DNA of 64,000 nucleotides. Origin: the human T2T-CHM13v2.0 reference genome, Homo sapiens. The position numbers and the translations under genes were made by a program. The stretch lies in assembly GCF_009914755.1 (NCBI RefSeq), contig NC_060948.1; one strand, given 5' to 3'. This document shows positions 41,809 to 61,150 of the stretch, one piece after another (position 1 is the stretch's first letter; the number at the start of each line of letters is the position of its first letter). Below the pieces are notes generated by a model. The model worked only from the letters and a program-made list of their open reading frames with translations, was not told the origin of the DNA and did not search any database.

Positions 41809-43911
41809 AGATCCATATTTTTTAAATGAAAAAAAATTTCAAAGGTACTCTGCTTGGTACAATAATCAAATGTATAAACTGAGGAATAAAACATAACCAT
41901 GAAACCTACTTATAACTGCATATGGAAAATACAGAGGATAATTTTTTAAATAACATATTATGAAAGCCTTAACTAGTAATTTGAAGAGCTGGCATTTGAA
42001 AGGCCAGTATGAATATACCTTCAAAGCAGCAACACAGGTTCCCCATGAGAAAAAGCAAACTCAGGGAAAATAAAAACACAAAGGTTCAATCTCTTCTGAC
42101 CTTTGAAAGACACAGCACAGACAGTGGTCCTTAGGACGAAGAGCAGGAGACCCCTAATTCCGTCACCATGGCGATAGGGCATAAACATTGCTGGGTGAGG
42201 GCACAATCCACATTGTGAGGTCCAACTGCTGCCAGGAAGACAGGAGTGCTTTTACATAGACCGAAAGGTCATTGAAGGCTCAGAGTTTTGTTTCAAGAAC
42301 TGAATCCCAAGCCCACACGTTATTAGGCTGCGCTTCTTAAAACAAGTTATGAGATGGGAAAAAGGGCACCCACAAACATACGTATACATTATGTATATAA
42401 TAATATACAGTATCATATATATAATATATATAACCTATGTATAATATTGTTTTACATCCTGCATCTTATGTTATATATATTGTATAAAATATAATAATTG
42501 ATAATATATAAGTTTTATAATTATACAATATGACATACAGTATATATTATAATTTATGACATATATAATATATGTTATATGTCATATATAGAATATATTA
42601 TACGGTTAATATACGTATTAAATATAAATTATACATTATATATATTATATATAATATATCTGTTATATATAATACCCATTATGCATAATATATATATTAT
42701 GTCTATGTTATATATAGTATAAAACAACATATAATAATATATAATTGTATATATGAAATGCGACATATAATATATATTATATTTTATAACATATGAAATA
42801 TATATTATATATTATATATAATACGTTGTATGTATAATACCTATATTAAATATATATTATATGACTATGTTATTAATTACATGTCACATGTGTTATATAT
42901 TATATATTTTACATAGAATATACCGGTTACATACAATATATACTATGTTACCTATAATGTATAATTTATTACATGTAAAATAAAGAATGCAATATATTAT
43001 GTATAATTTATAATATACCATATGTGGAATGTGATATATATAACATATAATATATGATATATGATATACAGTATATGATATATAACATACAATATATGAT
43101 TCCTAATACATATTGTATACAATATATATTTTATGATATGTATTCTATATGTTTTATATTCTGTTATATATAACTATTTGAAATTATATATAACTGTATA
43201 ATATGTTATGTAAATATGTAATATAATATATATAACTATATAATATATTATATATAACTATATATTATGTTATATATACTTTTATAACATAATTTACATA
43301 AAATATCATAATATAATATATATTATATTATTTCATATTACATAATATATATTACATATCACCCAATATAACTAACATACATAATATTATTATATAGATT
43401 ATGTTGTGTTATATTAAATATCATATATATCATGTATCATATATTCTATAATATATATTACACATTATATAATATGTATGTTGTCTATTATGTGATATAT
43501 ATAACTATATATATAATTATATTTTTATACATATAACTAGATAAACATGTAATTCTACATATTTTCATTTATAATATGTAGAATTATATAATCATATATA
43601 ATTATTTATATTCTAAAAAATTTTATCATTCTATAAATTATAATATATAAAAATTATAATATGTACTACAAATATATATATTATATATCATATATGATAT
43701 AGTACCTTTGTTATATATCATAATACATATAAATGTGTATTATGTTATCTATAATTATATAATTTCATATATAAGATGTATAATATGTATCATATATTAT
43801 ATATGTTATGTAATATATATAGTATATATAACATGACACAGGATAAATATTATATACTATGACATATAAAATATATGAGGTTATATGTTACATATAAGGC
43901 ATAGCACATAA

Positions 43912-44226
<315 letters not shown>

Positions 44227-46327
44227 AGATCCATATTTTTTAAATGAAAAAAAATTTCAAAGGTACTCTGCTTGGTACAATAATCAAATGTATAAACTGA
44301 GGAATAAAACATAACCATGAAACCTACTTATAACTGCATATGGAAAACACAGAGGATAATTTTCTAAATAACATATTTTGAAAGCCTTAACTAGTAATTT
44401 GAAGAGTTGGCATTTGAAAGGCCAGTATGAATATACCTTCAAAGCAGCAACACAGGTTCCCCGTGAGAAAAAGCAAACACAGGGAAAATAAAAACACAAA
44501 GGTTCAATCTCTTCTGACCTTTGCAAGACACAGCACAGACAGTGGTCCTTAGGACTAAGAGCAGGAGACCCCTAATTCCGTCACCATGGCGATAGGGCAT
44601 AAACATTGCTGGGTGAGGGCACAATCCACATTGTGAGGTCCAACTGCTGCCAGGAAGACAGGAGTGCTTTTACATAGACCGAAAGGTCATTGAAGGCTCA
44701 GAGTTTTGTTTCAAGAACTGAATCCCAAGCCCACACGTTATTAGGCTGCGCTTCTTAAAACAAGTTATGAGATGGGAAAAAGGGCACCCACAAACATACG
44801 TATACATTATGTATATAATAATATACAGTATCATATATATAATATATATAACCTATGTATAATATTGTTTTACATCCTGCATCTTATGTTATATATATTG
44901 TATAAAATATAATAATTGATAATATATAAGTTTTATAATTATACAATATGACATATAGTATATATTATAATTTATGACATATATAATATATGTTATATGT
45001 CATATATAGAATATATTATACGGTTAACATACGTATTAAATATAAATTATACATTGTATATATTATATATAATATATCTGTTATATATAATACCCATTAT
45101 GCATAATATATATATTATGTCTATGCTATATATAGTATAAAACAACATATAATAATATATAATTGTATATATAAAATGCGACATATAATATATATTATAT
45201 TTTATAACATATGTAATATATATTATATATTATATATAATACGTTGTATGTATAATACCTATATTAAATATATATTATATGACTATGTTATTAATTACAT
45301 GTCACATGTGTTATATATTATATATTTTACATAGAATATACCGGTTACATACAATATATACTATGTTACCTATAATGTATAATTTATTACCTGTAAAATA
45401 AAGAATGCAATATATTATGTAAAATTTATAATATACCATATGTGGAATGTCATATATTTAACATATAATATATGATATATGATATACAGTATATGATATA
45501 TAACATACAATATATGATTCCTAATATATATGGTATACAATATATATTTTATGATATGTATTCTATATGTTTTATATTCTGTTATATATAACTATTTGAA
45601 ATTATATATAACTGTATAATATTTTATGTAAATATGTAATATAATATATATAACTATATAATATATTATATATAACTATATATTATGTTATATATACTTT
45701 TATAACATAATTTACATAAAATATCATAATATAATATATATTATATTATTTCATATTACATAATATATATTTCATATCACCCAATATAACTAACATACAT
45801 AATATTATAATATAGATTATATTGTGTTATATTAAATATCATATATATCATGTATCATATATTCTATAATATATATTACACACTATATAATATGTATGTT
45901 GTCTACTATATGATATATATAACTATATATATAATTATATTTTTATACATATAACTAGATAAACATGTAATTCTACATATTTTCATTTATAATACGTAGA
46001 ATTATATAATCATATATAATTATATTCTATAAAAAATTTTATCATTATATAAATTATAATATATAAAAATTATAATATGTACTACAAATATATATATTAT
46101 ATATCATATATGATATAGTACCTTTGTTATATATCATAATACATATAAATGTGTATTATGTTATCTATAATTATATAATTTCATATATAAGATGTATAAT
46201 ATGTATCATATATTATATATTTTATGTAATATATATAGTATATATAAGATGACACAGGATAAATATTATATACTATGACATATAAAATATATGAGGTTAT
46301 ATGTTACATATAAGGCATAGCACATAA

Positions 46328-46642
<315 letters not shown>

Positions 46643-48743
46643 AGATCCATATTTTTTAAATGAAAAAAAATTTCAAAGGTACTCTGCTTGGTACAATAAT
46701 CAAATGTATAAACTGAGGAATAAAACATAACCATGAAACCTACTTATAACTGCATATGGAAAATACAGAGGATAATTTTTTAAATAACATATTATGAAAG
46801 CCTTAACTATTAATTTGAAGAGCTGGCATTTGAAAGGCCAGTATGAATATACCTTCAAAGCAGCAACACAGGTTCCCCATGAGAAAAAGCAAACACAGGG
46901 AAAATAAAAACACAAAGGTTCAATCTCTTCTGACCTTTGAAAGACACAGCACAGACAGTGGTCCTTAGGACGAAGAGCAGGAGACCCCTAATTCCGTCAC
47001 CATGGCGATAGGGCATAAACATTGCTGGGTGAGGGCACAATCCACATTGTGAGGTCCAACTGCTGCCAGGAAGACAGGAGTGCTTTTACATAGACCGAAA
47101 GGTCATTGAAGGCTCAGAGTTTTGTTTCAAGAACTGAATCCCAAGCCCACACGTTATTAGGCTGCGCTTCTTAAAACAAGTTATGAGATGGGAAAAAGGG
47201 CACCCACAAACATACGTATACATTATGTATATAATAATATACAGTATCATATATATAATATATATAACCTATGTATAATATTGTTTTACATCCTGCATCT
47301 TATGTTATATATATTGTATAAAATATAATAATTGATAATATATAAGTTTTATAATTATACAATATGACATATAGTATATATTATAATTTATGACATATAT
47401 AATATATGTTATATGTCATATATAGAATATATTATACGGTTAACATACGTATTAAATATAAATTATACATTGTATATATTATATATAATATATCTGTTAT
47501 ATATAATACCCATTATGCATAATATATATATGATGTCTATGCTATATATAGTATAAAACAACATATAATAATATATAATTGTATATATAAAATGTGACAT
47601 ATAATATATATTATATTTTATAACATATGTAATATATATTATATATTATATATAATACGTTGTATGTATAATACCTATATTAAATATATATTATATGACT
47701 ATGTTATTAATTACATGTCACATGTGTTATATATTATATATTTTACATAGAATATACCGGTTACATACAATATATACTATGTTACCTATAATGTATAATT
47801 TATTACCTGTAAAATAAAGAATGCAATATATTATGTAAAATTTATAATATACCATATGTGGAATGTCATATATTTAACATATAATATATGATATATGATA
47901 TACAGTATATGATATATAACATACAATATATGATTCCTAATATATATGGTATACAATATATATTTTATGATATGTATTCTATATGTTTTATATTCTGTTA
48001 TATATAACTATTTGAAATTATATATAACTGTATAATATTTTATGTAAATATGTAATATAATATATATAACTATATAATATATTATATATAACTATATATT
48101 ATGTTATATATACTTTTATAACATAATTTACATAAAATATCATAATATAATATATATTATATTATTTCATATTACATAATATATATTACATATCACCCAA
48201 TATAACTAACATACATAATATTATAATATAGATTATATTGTGTTATATTAAATATCATATATATCATGTATCATATATTCTACAATATATATTACACACT
48301 ATATATTATGTATGTTGTCTACTATATGATATATATAACTATATATGTAATTATATTTTTATACATATAACTAGATAAACATGTAATTCCACATATTTTC
48401 ATTTATAATATGTAGAATTATATAATCATATATAATTATATTCTATAAAAAATTTTATCATTATATAAATTATAATATATAAAAATTATAATATGTACTA
48501 CAAATATATATATTATATATCATATATGATATAGTACCTTTGTTATATATCATAATACATATAAATGTGTATTATGTTATCTATAATTATATAATTTCAT
48601 ATATAAGATGTATAATATGTATCATATATTATATATGTTATGTAATATATATAGTATATATAAGATGACACAGGATAAATATTATATACTATGACATATA
48701 AAATATATGAGGTTATATGTTACATATAAGGCATAGCACATAA

Positions 48744-49058
<315 letters not shown>

Positions 49059-51159
49059 AGATCCATATTTTTTAAATGAAAAAAAATTTCAAAGGTACTC
49101 TGCTTGGTACAATAATCAAATGTATAAACTGAGGAATAAAACATAACCATGAAACCTACTTATAACTGCATATGGAAAATACAGAGGATAATTTTTTAAA
49201 TAACATATTTTGAAAGCCTTAACTAGTAATTTGAAGAGTTGGCATTTGAAAGGCCAGTATGAATATACCTTCAAAGCAGCAACACAGGTTCCCCATGAGA
49301 AAAAGCAAACACAGGGAAAATAAAAACACAAAGGTTCAATCTCTTCTGACCTTTGAAAGACACAGCACAGACAGTGGTCCTTAGGACGAAGAGCAGGAGA
49401 CCCCTAATTCCGTCACCATGGCGATAGGGCATAAACATTGCTGGGTGAGGGCACAATCCACATTGTGAGGTCCAACTGCTGCCAGGAAGACAGGAGTGCT
49501 TTTACATAGACCGAAAGGTCATTGAAGGCTCAGAGTTTTGTTTCAAGAACTGAATCCCAAGCCCACACGTTATTAGGCTGTGCTTCTTAAAACAAGTTAT
49601 GAGATGGGAAAAAGGGCACCCACAAACATACGTATACATTATGTATATAATAATATACAGTATCATATATATAATATATATAACCTATGTATAATATTGT
49701 TTTACATCCTGCATCTTATGTTATATATATTGTATAAAATATAATAATTGATAATATATAAGTTTTATAATTATACAATATGACATATAGTATATATTAT
49801 AATTTATGACATATATAATATATGTTATATGTCATATATAGAATATATTATACGGTTAACATACGTATTAAATATAAATTATACATTGTATATATTATAT
49901 ATAATATATCTGTTATATATAATACCCATTATGCATAATATATATATTATGTCTATGCTATATATAGTATAAAACAACATATAATAATATATAATTGTAT
50001 ATATAAAATGCGACATATAATATATATTATATTTTATAACATATGTAATATATATTATATATTATATATAATACGTTGTATGTATAATACCTATATTAAA
50101 TATATATTATATGACTATGTTATTAATTACATGTCACATGTGTTATATATTATATATTTTACATAGAATATACCGGTTACATACAATATATACTATGTTA
50201 CCTATAATGTATAATTTATTACCTGTAAAATAAAGAATGCAATATATTATGTAAAATTTATAATATACCATATGTGGAATGTCATATATTTAACATATAA
50301 TATATGATATATGATATACAGTATATGATATATAACATACAATATATGATTCCTAATATATATGGTATACAATATATATTTTATGATATGTATTCTATAT
50401 GTTTTATATTCTGTTATATATAACTATTTGAAATTATATATAACTGTATAATATTTTATGTAAATATGTAATATAATATATATAACTATATAATATATTA
50501 TATATAACTATATATTATGTTATATATACTTTTATAACATAATTTACATAAAATATCATAATATAATATATATTATATTATTTCATATTACATAATACAT
50601 ATTACATATCACCCAATATAACTAACATACATAATATTATAATATAGATTATATTGTGTTATATTAAATATCATATATATCATGTATCATATATTCTACA
50701 ATATATATTACACACTATATATTATGTATGTTGTCTACTATATGATATATATAACTATATATGTAATTATATTTTTATACATATAACTAGATAAACATGT
50801 AATTCTACATATTTTCATTTATAATATGTAGAATTATATAATCATATATAATTATATTCTATAAAAAATTTTATCATTATATAAATTATAATATATAAAA
50901 ATTATAATATGTACTACAAATATATATATTATATATCATATATGATATAGTACCTTTGTTATATATCATAATACATATAAATGTGTATTATGTTATCTAT
51001 AATTATATAATTTCATATATAAGATGTATAATATGTATCATATATTATATATGTTATGTAATATATATAGTATATATAAGATGACACAGGATAAATATTA
51101 TATACTATGACATATAAAATATATGAGGTTATATGTTACATATAAGGCATAGCACATAA

Positions 51160-51474
<315 letters not shown>

Positions 51475-53575
51475 AGATCCATATTTTTTAAATGAAAAAC
51501 AATTTCAAAGGTACTCTGCTTGGTACAATAATCAAATGTATAAACTGAGGAATAAAACATAACCATGAAACCTACTTATAACTGCATATGGAAAATACAG
51601 AGGATAATTTTTTAAATAACATATTTTGAAAGCCTTAACTAGTAATTTGAAGAGTTGGCATTTGAAAGGCCAGTATGAATATACCTTCAAAGCAGCAACA
51701 CAGGTTCCCCATGAGAAAAAGCAAACACAGGGAAAATAAAAACACAAAGGTTCAATCTCTTCTGACCTTTGAAAGACACAGCACAGACAGTGGTCCTTAG
51801 GACGAAGAGCAGGAGACCCCTAATTCCGTCACCATGGCGATAGGGCATAAACATTGCTGGGTGAGGGCACAATCCACATTGTGAGGTCCAACTGCTGCCA
51901 GGAAGACAGGAGTGCTTTTACATAGACCGAAAGGTCATTGAAGGCTCAGAGTTTTGTTTCAAGAACTGAATCCCAAGCCCACACGTTATTAGGCTGCGCT
52001 TCTTAAAACAAGTTATGAGATGGGAAAAAGGGCACCAACAAACATACGTATACATTATGTATATAATAATATACAGTATCATATATATAATATATATAAC
52101 CTATGTATAATATTGTTTTACATCCTGCATCTTATGTTATATATATTGTATAAAATATAATAATTGATAATATATAAGTTTTATAATTATACAATATGAC
52201 ATATAGTATATATTATAATTTATGACATATATAATATATGTTATATGTCATATATAGAATATATTATACGGTTAACATACGTATTAAATATAAATTATAC
52301 ATTGTATATATTATATATAATATATCTGTTATATATAATACCCATTATGCATAATATATATATTATGTCTATGTTATATATAGTATAAAACAACATATAA
52401 TAATATATAATTGTATATATAAAATGCGACATATAATATATATTATATTTTATAACATATGTAATATATATTATATATTATATATAATACGTTGTATGTA
52501 TAATACCTATATTAAATATATATTATATGACTATGTTATTAATTACATGTCACATGTGTTATATATTATATATTTTATATAGAATATACCGGTTACATAC
52601 AATATATACTATGTTACCTATAATGTATAATTTATTACCTGTAAAATAAAGAATGCAATATATTATGTAAAATTTATAATATACCATATGTGGAATGTCA
52701 TATATATAACATATAATATATGATATATGATATACAGTATATGATATATAACATACAATATATGATTCCTAATACATATGGTATACAATATATATTTTAT
52801 GATATGTATTCTATATGTTTTATATTCTGTTATATATAACTATTTGAAATTATATATAACTGTATAATATTTTATGTAAATATGTAATATAATATATATA
52901 ACTATATAATATATTATATATAACTATATATTATGTTATATATACTTTTATAACATAATTTACATAAAATATCATAATATAATATATATTATATTATTTC
53001 ATATTACATAATATATATTACATATCACCCAATATAACTAACATACATAATATTATAATATAGATTATATTGTGTTATATTAAATATCATATATATCATG
53101 TATCATATATTCTACAATATATATTACACACTATATTATATGTATGTTGTCTACTATATGATATATATAACTATATATGTAATTATATTTTTATACATAT
53201 AACTAGATAAACATGTAATTCTACATATTTTCATTTATAATATGTAGAATTATATAATCATATATAATTATATTCTATAAAAAATTTTATCATTATATAA
53301 ATTATAATATATAAAAATTATAATATGTACTACAAATATATATATTATATATCATATATGATATAGTACCTTTGTTATATATCATAATACATATAAATGT
53401 GTATTATGTTATCTATAATTATATAATTTCATATATAAGATGTATAATATGTATCATATATTATATATGTTATGTAATATATATAGTATATATAAGATGA
53501 CACAGGATAAATATTATATACTATGACATATAAAATATATGAGGTTATATGTTACATATAAGGCATAGCACATAA

Positions 53576-53890
<315 letters not shown>

Positions 53891-55995
53891 AGATCCATAT
53901 TTTTTAAATGAAAAAAAATTTCAAAGGTACTCTGCTTGGTACAATAATCAAATGTATAAACTGAGGAATAAAACATAACCATGAAACCTACTTATAACTG
54001 CATATGGAAAATACAGAGGATAATTTTTTAAATAACATATTTTGAAAGCCTTAACTAGTAATTTGAAGAGTTGGCATTTGAAAGGCCAGTATGAATATAC
54101 CTTCAAAGCAGCAACACAGGTTCCCCATGAGAAAAAGCAAACACAGGGAAAATAAAAACACAAAGGTTCAATCTCTTCTGACCTTTGAAAGACACAGCAC
54201 AGACAGTGGTCCTTAGGACGAAGAGCAGGAGACCCCTAATTCCGTCACCATGGCGATAGGGCATAAACATTGCTGGGTGAGGGCACAATCCACATTGTGA
54301 GGTCCAACTGCTGCCAGGAAGACAGGAGTGCTTTTACATAGACCGAAAGGTCATTGAAGGCTCAGAGTTTTGTTTCAAGAACTGAATCCCAAGCCCACAC
54401 GTTATTAGGCTGCGCTTCTTAAAACAAGTTATGAGATGGGAAAAAGGGCACCAACAAACATACGTATACATTATGTATATAATAATATACAGTATCATAT
54501 ATATAATATATATAACCTATGTATAATATTGTTTTACATCCTGCATCTTATGTTATATATATTGTATAAAATATAATAATTGATAATATATAAGTTTTAT
54601 AATTATACAATATGACATATAGTATATATTATAATTTATGACATATATAATATATGTTATATGTCATATATAGAATATATTATACGGTTAACATACGTAT
54701 TAAATATAAATTATACATTGTATATATTATATATAATATATCTGTTATATATAATACCCATTATGCATAATATATATATTATGTCTATGTTATATATAGT
54801 ATAAAACAACATATAATAATATATAATTGTGTATATAAAATGCGACATATAATATATATTATATTTTATAACATATGTAATATATATTATATATTATATA
54901 TAATACGTTGTATGTATAATACCTATATTAAATATATATTATATGACTATGTTATTAATTACATGTCACATGTGTTATATATTATATATTTTACATAGAA
55001 TATACCGGTTACATACAATATATACTATGTTACCTATAATGTATAATTTATTACCTGTAAAATAAAGAATGCAATATATTATGTAAAATTTATAATATAC
55101 CATATGTGGAATGTCATATATATAACATATAATATATGATATATGATATACAGTATATGATATATAACATACAATATATGATTCCTAATATATATGGTAT
55201 ACAATATATATTTTATGATATGTATTCTATATGTTTTATATTCTGTTATATATAACTATTTGAAATTATATATAACTGTAAAATATTTTATGTAAATATG
55301 TAATATAATATATATAACTATATAATATATTATATATAACTATATATTATGTTATATATACTTTTATAACATAATTTACATAAAATATCATAATATAATA
55401 TATATTATATTATTTCATATTACATAATATATATTACATATCACCCAATATAACTAACATACATAATATTATAATATAGATTATATTGTGTTATATTAAA
55501 TATCATATATATCATGTATCATATATTCTATAATATATATTACACACTATATAATATGTATGTTGTCTATTATGTGATATATATAACTCTATATATAATT
55601 ATATTTTTATACATATAACTAGATAAACATGTAATTCTACATATTTTCATTTATAATATGTAGAATTATATAATCATATATAATTATTTACATGCTATAA
55701 AAAATTTTATCATTATATAAATTATAATATATAAAAATTATAATATGTACTACAAATATATATATTATATATCATATATGATATAGTACCTTTGTTATAT
55801 ATCATAATACATATAAATGTGTATTATGTTATCTATAATTATATAATTTCATATATAAGATGTATAATATGTATCATATATTATATATGTTATGTAATAT
55901 ATGTAGTATATATAAGATGACACAGGATAAATATTATATACTATGACATATAAAATATATGAGGTTATATGTTACATATAAGGCATAGCACATAA

Positions 55996-56310
<315 letters not shown>

Positions 56311-58438
56311 AGATCCATATTTTTTAAATGAAAAACAATTTCAAAGGTACTCTGCTTGGTACAATAATCAAATGTATAAACTGAGGAATAAAACATAACC
56401 ATGAAACCTACTTATAACTGCATATGGAAAATACAGAGGATAATTTTTTAAATAACATATTTTGAAAGCCTTAACTAGTAATTTGAAGAGTTGGCATTTG
56501 AAAGGCCAGTATGAATATACCTTCAAAGCAGCAACACAGGTTCCCCATGAGAAAAAGCAAACACAGGGAAAATAAAAACACAAAGGTTCAATCTCTTCTG
56601 ACCTTTGAAAGACACAGCACAGACAGTGGTCCTTAGGACGAAGAGCAGGAGACCCCTAATTCCGTCACCATGGCGATAGGGCATAAACATTGCTGGGTGA
56701 GGGCACAATCCACATTCTGAGGTCCAACTGCTGCCAGGAAGACAGGAGTGCTTTTACATAGACCGAAAGGTCATTGAAGGCTCAGAGTTTTGTTTCAAGA
56801 ACTGAATCCCAAGCCCACACGTTATTAGGCTGCGCTTCTTAAAACAAGTTATGAGATGGGAAAAAGGGCACCCACAAACATACGTATACATTATGTATAT
56901 AATAATATACAGTATCATATATATAATATATATAACCTATGTATAATATTGTTTTACATCCTGCATCTTATGTTATATATATTGTATAAAATATAATAAT
57001 TGATAATATATAAGTTTTATAATTATACAATATGACATATAGTATATATTATAATTTATGACATACATAATATATGTTATATGTCATATATAGAATATAT
57101 TATACGGTTAATATACGTATTAAATATAAATTATACATTATATATATTATATATAATATATCTGTTATATATAATACCCATTATGCATAATATATATATT
57201 ATGTCTATGTTATATATAGTATAAAACAACATATAATAATATATAATTGTGTATATAAAATGCGACATATAATATATATTATATTTTATAACATATGAAA
57301 TATATATTATATATTATATATAATACGTTGTATGTATAATACCTATATTAAATATATATTATATGACTATGTTATTAATTACATGTCACATGTGTTATAT
57401 ATTATATATTTTACATAGAATATACCGGTTACATGCAATATATACTATGTTACCTATAATGTATAATTTATTACATGTAAAATAAAGAATGCAATATATT
57501 ATGTATAATTTATAATATACAATATGTGGAATGTGATATATATAACATATAATATATGATATATGATATACAGTATATGATATATAACATACAATATATG
57601 ATTCCTAGTATATATGGTATACAATATATATTTTATGATATGTATTCTATATGTTTTATATTCTGTTATATATAACTATTTGAAATTATATATAACTGTA
57701 TAATATTTTATGTAAATATGTAATATAAGATATATAACTATATAATATATTATATATAACTATATATTATGTTATATATACTTTTATAACATAATTTACA
57801 TAAAATATCATAATATAATATATATTATATTATTTCATATTACATAATATATATTACATATCACCCAATATAACTAACATACATAATATTATAATATAGA
57901 TTATATTGTGTTATATTAAATATCATATATATCATGTATCATATATTCTATAATATATATTACACATTATATAATATGTATGTTGTCTATTATATGATAT
58001 ATATAACTCTATATATAATTATATTTTTATACATATAACTAGATAAACATGTAATTCTACATATTTTCATTTATAATATGTAGAATTATATAATCATATA
58101 TAATTATTTATATTCTATAAAAAATTTTATCATTCTATAAATTATAATATATAAAAATTATAATATGTACTACAAATATATATATTATATATCATATATG
58201 ATATAGTACCTTTGTTATATATCATAATACATATAAATGTGTATTATGTTATCTATAATTATATAATTTCATATATAAGATGTATAATATGTATCATATA
58301 TTATATATGTTATGTAATATATATAGTATATATAAGATGACACAGGATAAATATTATATACTATGACATATAAAATATATGAGGTTATATGTTACATATA
58401 AGGCATAGCACATAACATGTAATATATATCATATATAA

Positions 58439-58730
58439 TTTTTTTTTAGACAGAATCTTGTCCTGTTGCACAGGGTGGGGTACAATGGCGCCATCTTTGC
58501 TCACTGCAACTTCTGCCTCACGGGACCAAGCGATTGTCCTCCCTCAGCCTCCCAGGTAGCTGGGACTACACCACACTGGGACTACACCAGCTGCCACCAT
58601 GCCTAGCTAATTTTTTGGATTTTTAGTAGTGACAGCGTTTCACTGTATTGGCCAGGATGGTCTTGATCTCTTCACCTTGTGATCCCCTTGCCTTGGCCTC
58701 CAAATTTGCTGGGATTACAGGCCTGAGCCA
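58439..58730 (-). mobile_element. Alu remnant, unit 25
   Basis: Tandem copy of the unit-1 Alu. Confidence 0.95.
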
Positions 58731-60858
58731 AGATCCATATTTTTTAAATGAAAAAAAATTTCAAAGATACTCTGCTTGGTACAATAATCAAATGTATAAA
58801 CTGAGGAATAAAACATAACCATGAAACCTACTTATAACTGCATATGGAAAATACAGAGGATAATTTTTTAAATAACATATTTTGAAAGCCTTAACTAGTA
58901 ATTTGAAGAGTTGGCATTTGAAAGGCCAGTATGAATATACCTTCAAAGCAGCAACACAGGTTCCCCATGAGAAAAAGCAAACACAGGGAAAATAAAAACA
59001 CAAAGGTTCAATCTCTTCTGACCTTTGAAAGACACAGCACAGACAGTGGTCCTTAGGACGAAGAGCAGGAGACCCCTAATTCCGTCACCATGGCGATAGG
59101 GCATAAACATTGCTGGGTGAGGGCACAATCCACATTGTGAGGTCCAACTGCTGCCAGGAAGACAGGAGTGCTTTTACATAGACCGAAAGGTCATTGAAGG
59201 CTCAGAGTTTTGTTTCAAGAACTGAATCCCAAGCCCACACGTTATTAGGCTGCGCTTCTTAAAACAAGTTATGAGATGGGAAAAAGGGCACCCACAAACA
59301 TACGTATACATTATGTATATAATAATATACAGTGTCATATATATAATATATATAACCTATGTATAATATTGTTTTACATCCTGCATCTTATGTTATATAT
59401 ATTGTATAAAATATAATAATTGATAATATATAAGTTTTATAATTATACAATATGACATATAGTATATATTATAATTTATGACATATATAATATATGTTAT
59501 ATATCATATATAGAATATATTATACGGTTAATATACGTATTAAATATAAATTATACATTATATATATTATATATAATATATCTGTTATATATAATACCCA
59601 TTATGCATAATATATATATTATGTCTATGTTATATATAGTATAAAACAACATATAATAATATATAATTGTATATATAAAATGCGACATATAATATATATT
59701 ATATTTTATAACATATGTAATATATATTATATATTATATATAATACGTTGTATGTATAATACCTATATTAAATATATATTATATGACTATGTTATTAATT
59801 ACATGTCACATGTGTTATATATTATATATTTTACATAGAATATACCGGTTACATGCAATATATACTATGTTACCTATAATGTATAATTTATTACATGTAA
59901 AATAAAGAATGCAATATATTATGTATAATTTATAATATACAATATGTGGAATGTGATATATATAACATATAATATATGATATATGATATACAGTATATGA
60001 TATATAACATACAATATATGATTCCTAGTATATATGGTATACAATATATATTTTATGATATGTATTCTATATGTTTTATATTCTGTTATATATAACTATT
60101 TGAAATTATATATAACTGTATAATATTTTATGTAAATATGTAATATAATATATATAACTATATAATATATTATATATAACTATATATTATGTTATATATA
60201 CTTTTATAACATAATTTACATAAAATATCATAATATAATATATATTATATTATTTCATATTACATAATATATATTACATATCACCCAATATAACTAACAT
60301 ACATAATATTATAATATAGATTATATTGTGTTATATTAAATATCATATATATCATGTATCATATATTCTATAATATATATTACACATTATATAATATGTA
60401 TGTTGTCTATTATATGATATATATAACTCTATATATAATTATATTTTTATACATATAACTAGATAAACATGTAATTCTACATATTTTCATTTATAATATG
60501 TAGAATTATATAATCATATATAATTATTTATATTCTATAAAAAATTTTATCATTCTAAAAATTATAATATATAAAAATTATAATATGTACTACAAATATA
60601 TATATTATATATCATATATGATATAGTACCTTTGTTATATATCATAATACATATAAATGTGTATTATGTTATCTATAATTATATAATTTCATATATAAGA
60701 TGTATAATATGTATCATATATTATATATGTTATGTAATATATATAGTATATATAAGATGACACAGGATAAATATTATATACTATGACATATAAAATATAT
60801 GAGGTTATATGTTACATATAAGGCATAGCACATAACATGTAATATATATCATATATAA

Positions 60859-61150
60859 TTTTTTTTTAGACAGAATCTTGTCCTGTTGCACAGGGTGGGG
60901 TACAATGGCGCCATCTTTGCTCACTGCAACTTCTGCCTCACGGGACCAAGCGATTGTCCTCCCTCAGCCTCCCAGGTAGCTGGGACTACACCACACTGGG
61001 ACTACACCAGCTGCCACCATGCCTAGCTAATTTTTTGGATTTTTAGTAGTGACAGCGTTTCACTGTATTGGCCAGGATGGTCTTGATCTCTTCACCTTGT
61101 GATCCCCTTGCCTTGGCCTCCAAATTTGCTGGGATTACAGGCCTGAGCCA
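60859..61150 (-). mobile_element. Alu remnant, unit 26
   Basis: Tandem copy of the unit-1 Alu. Confidence 0.95.
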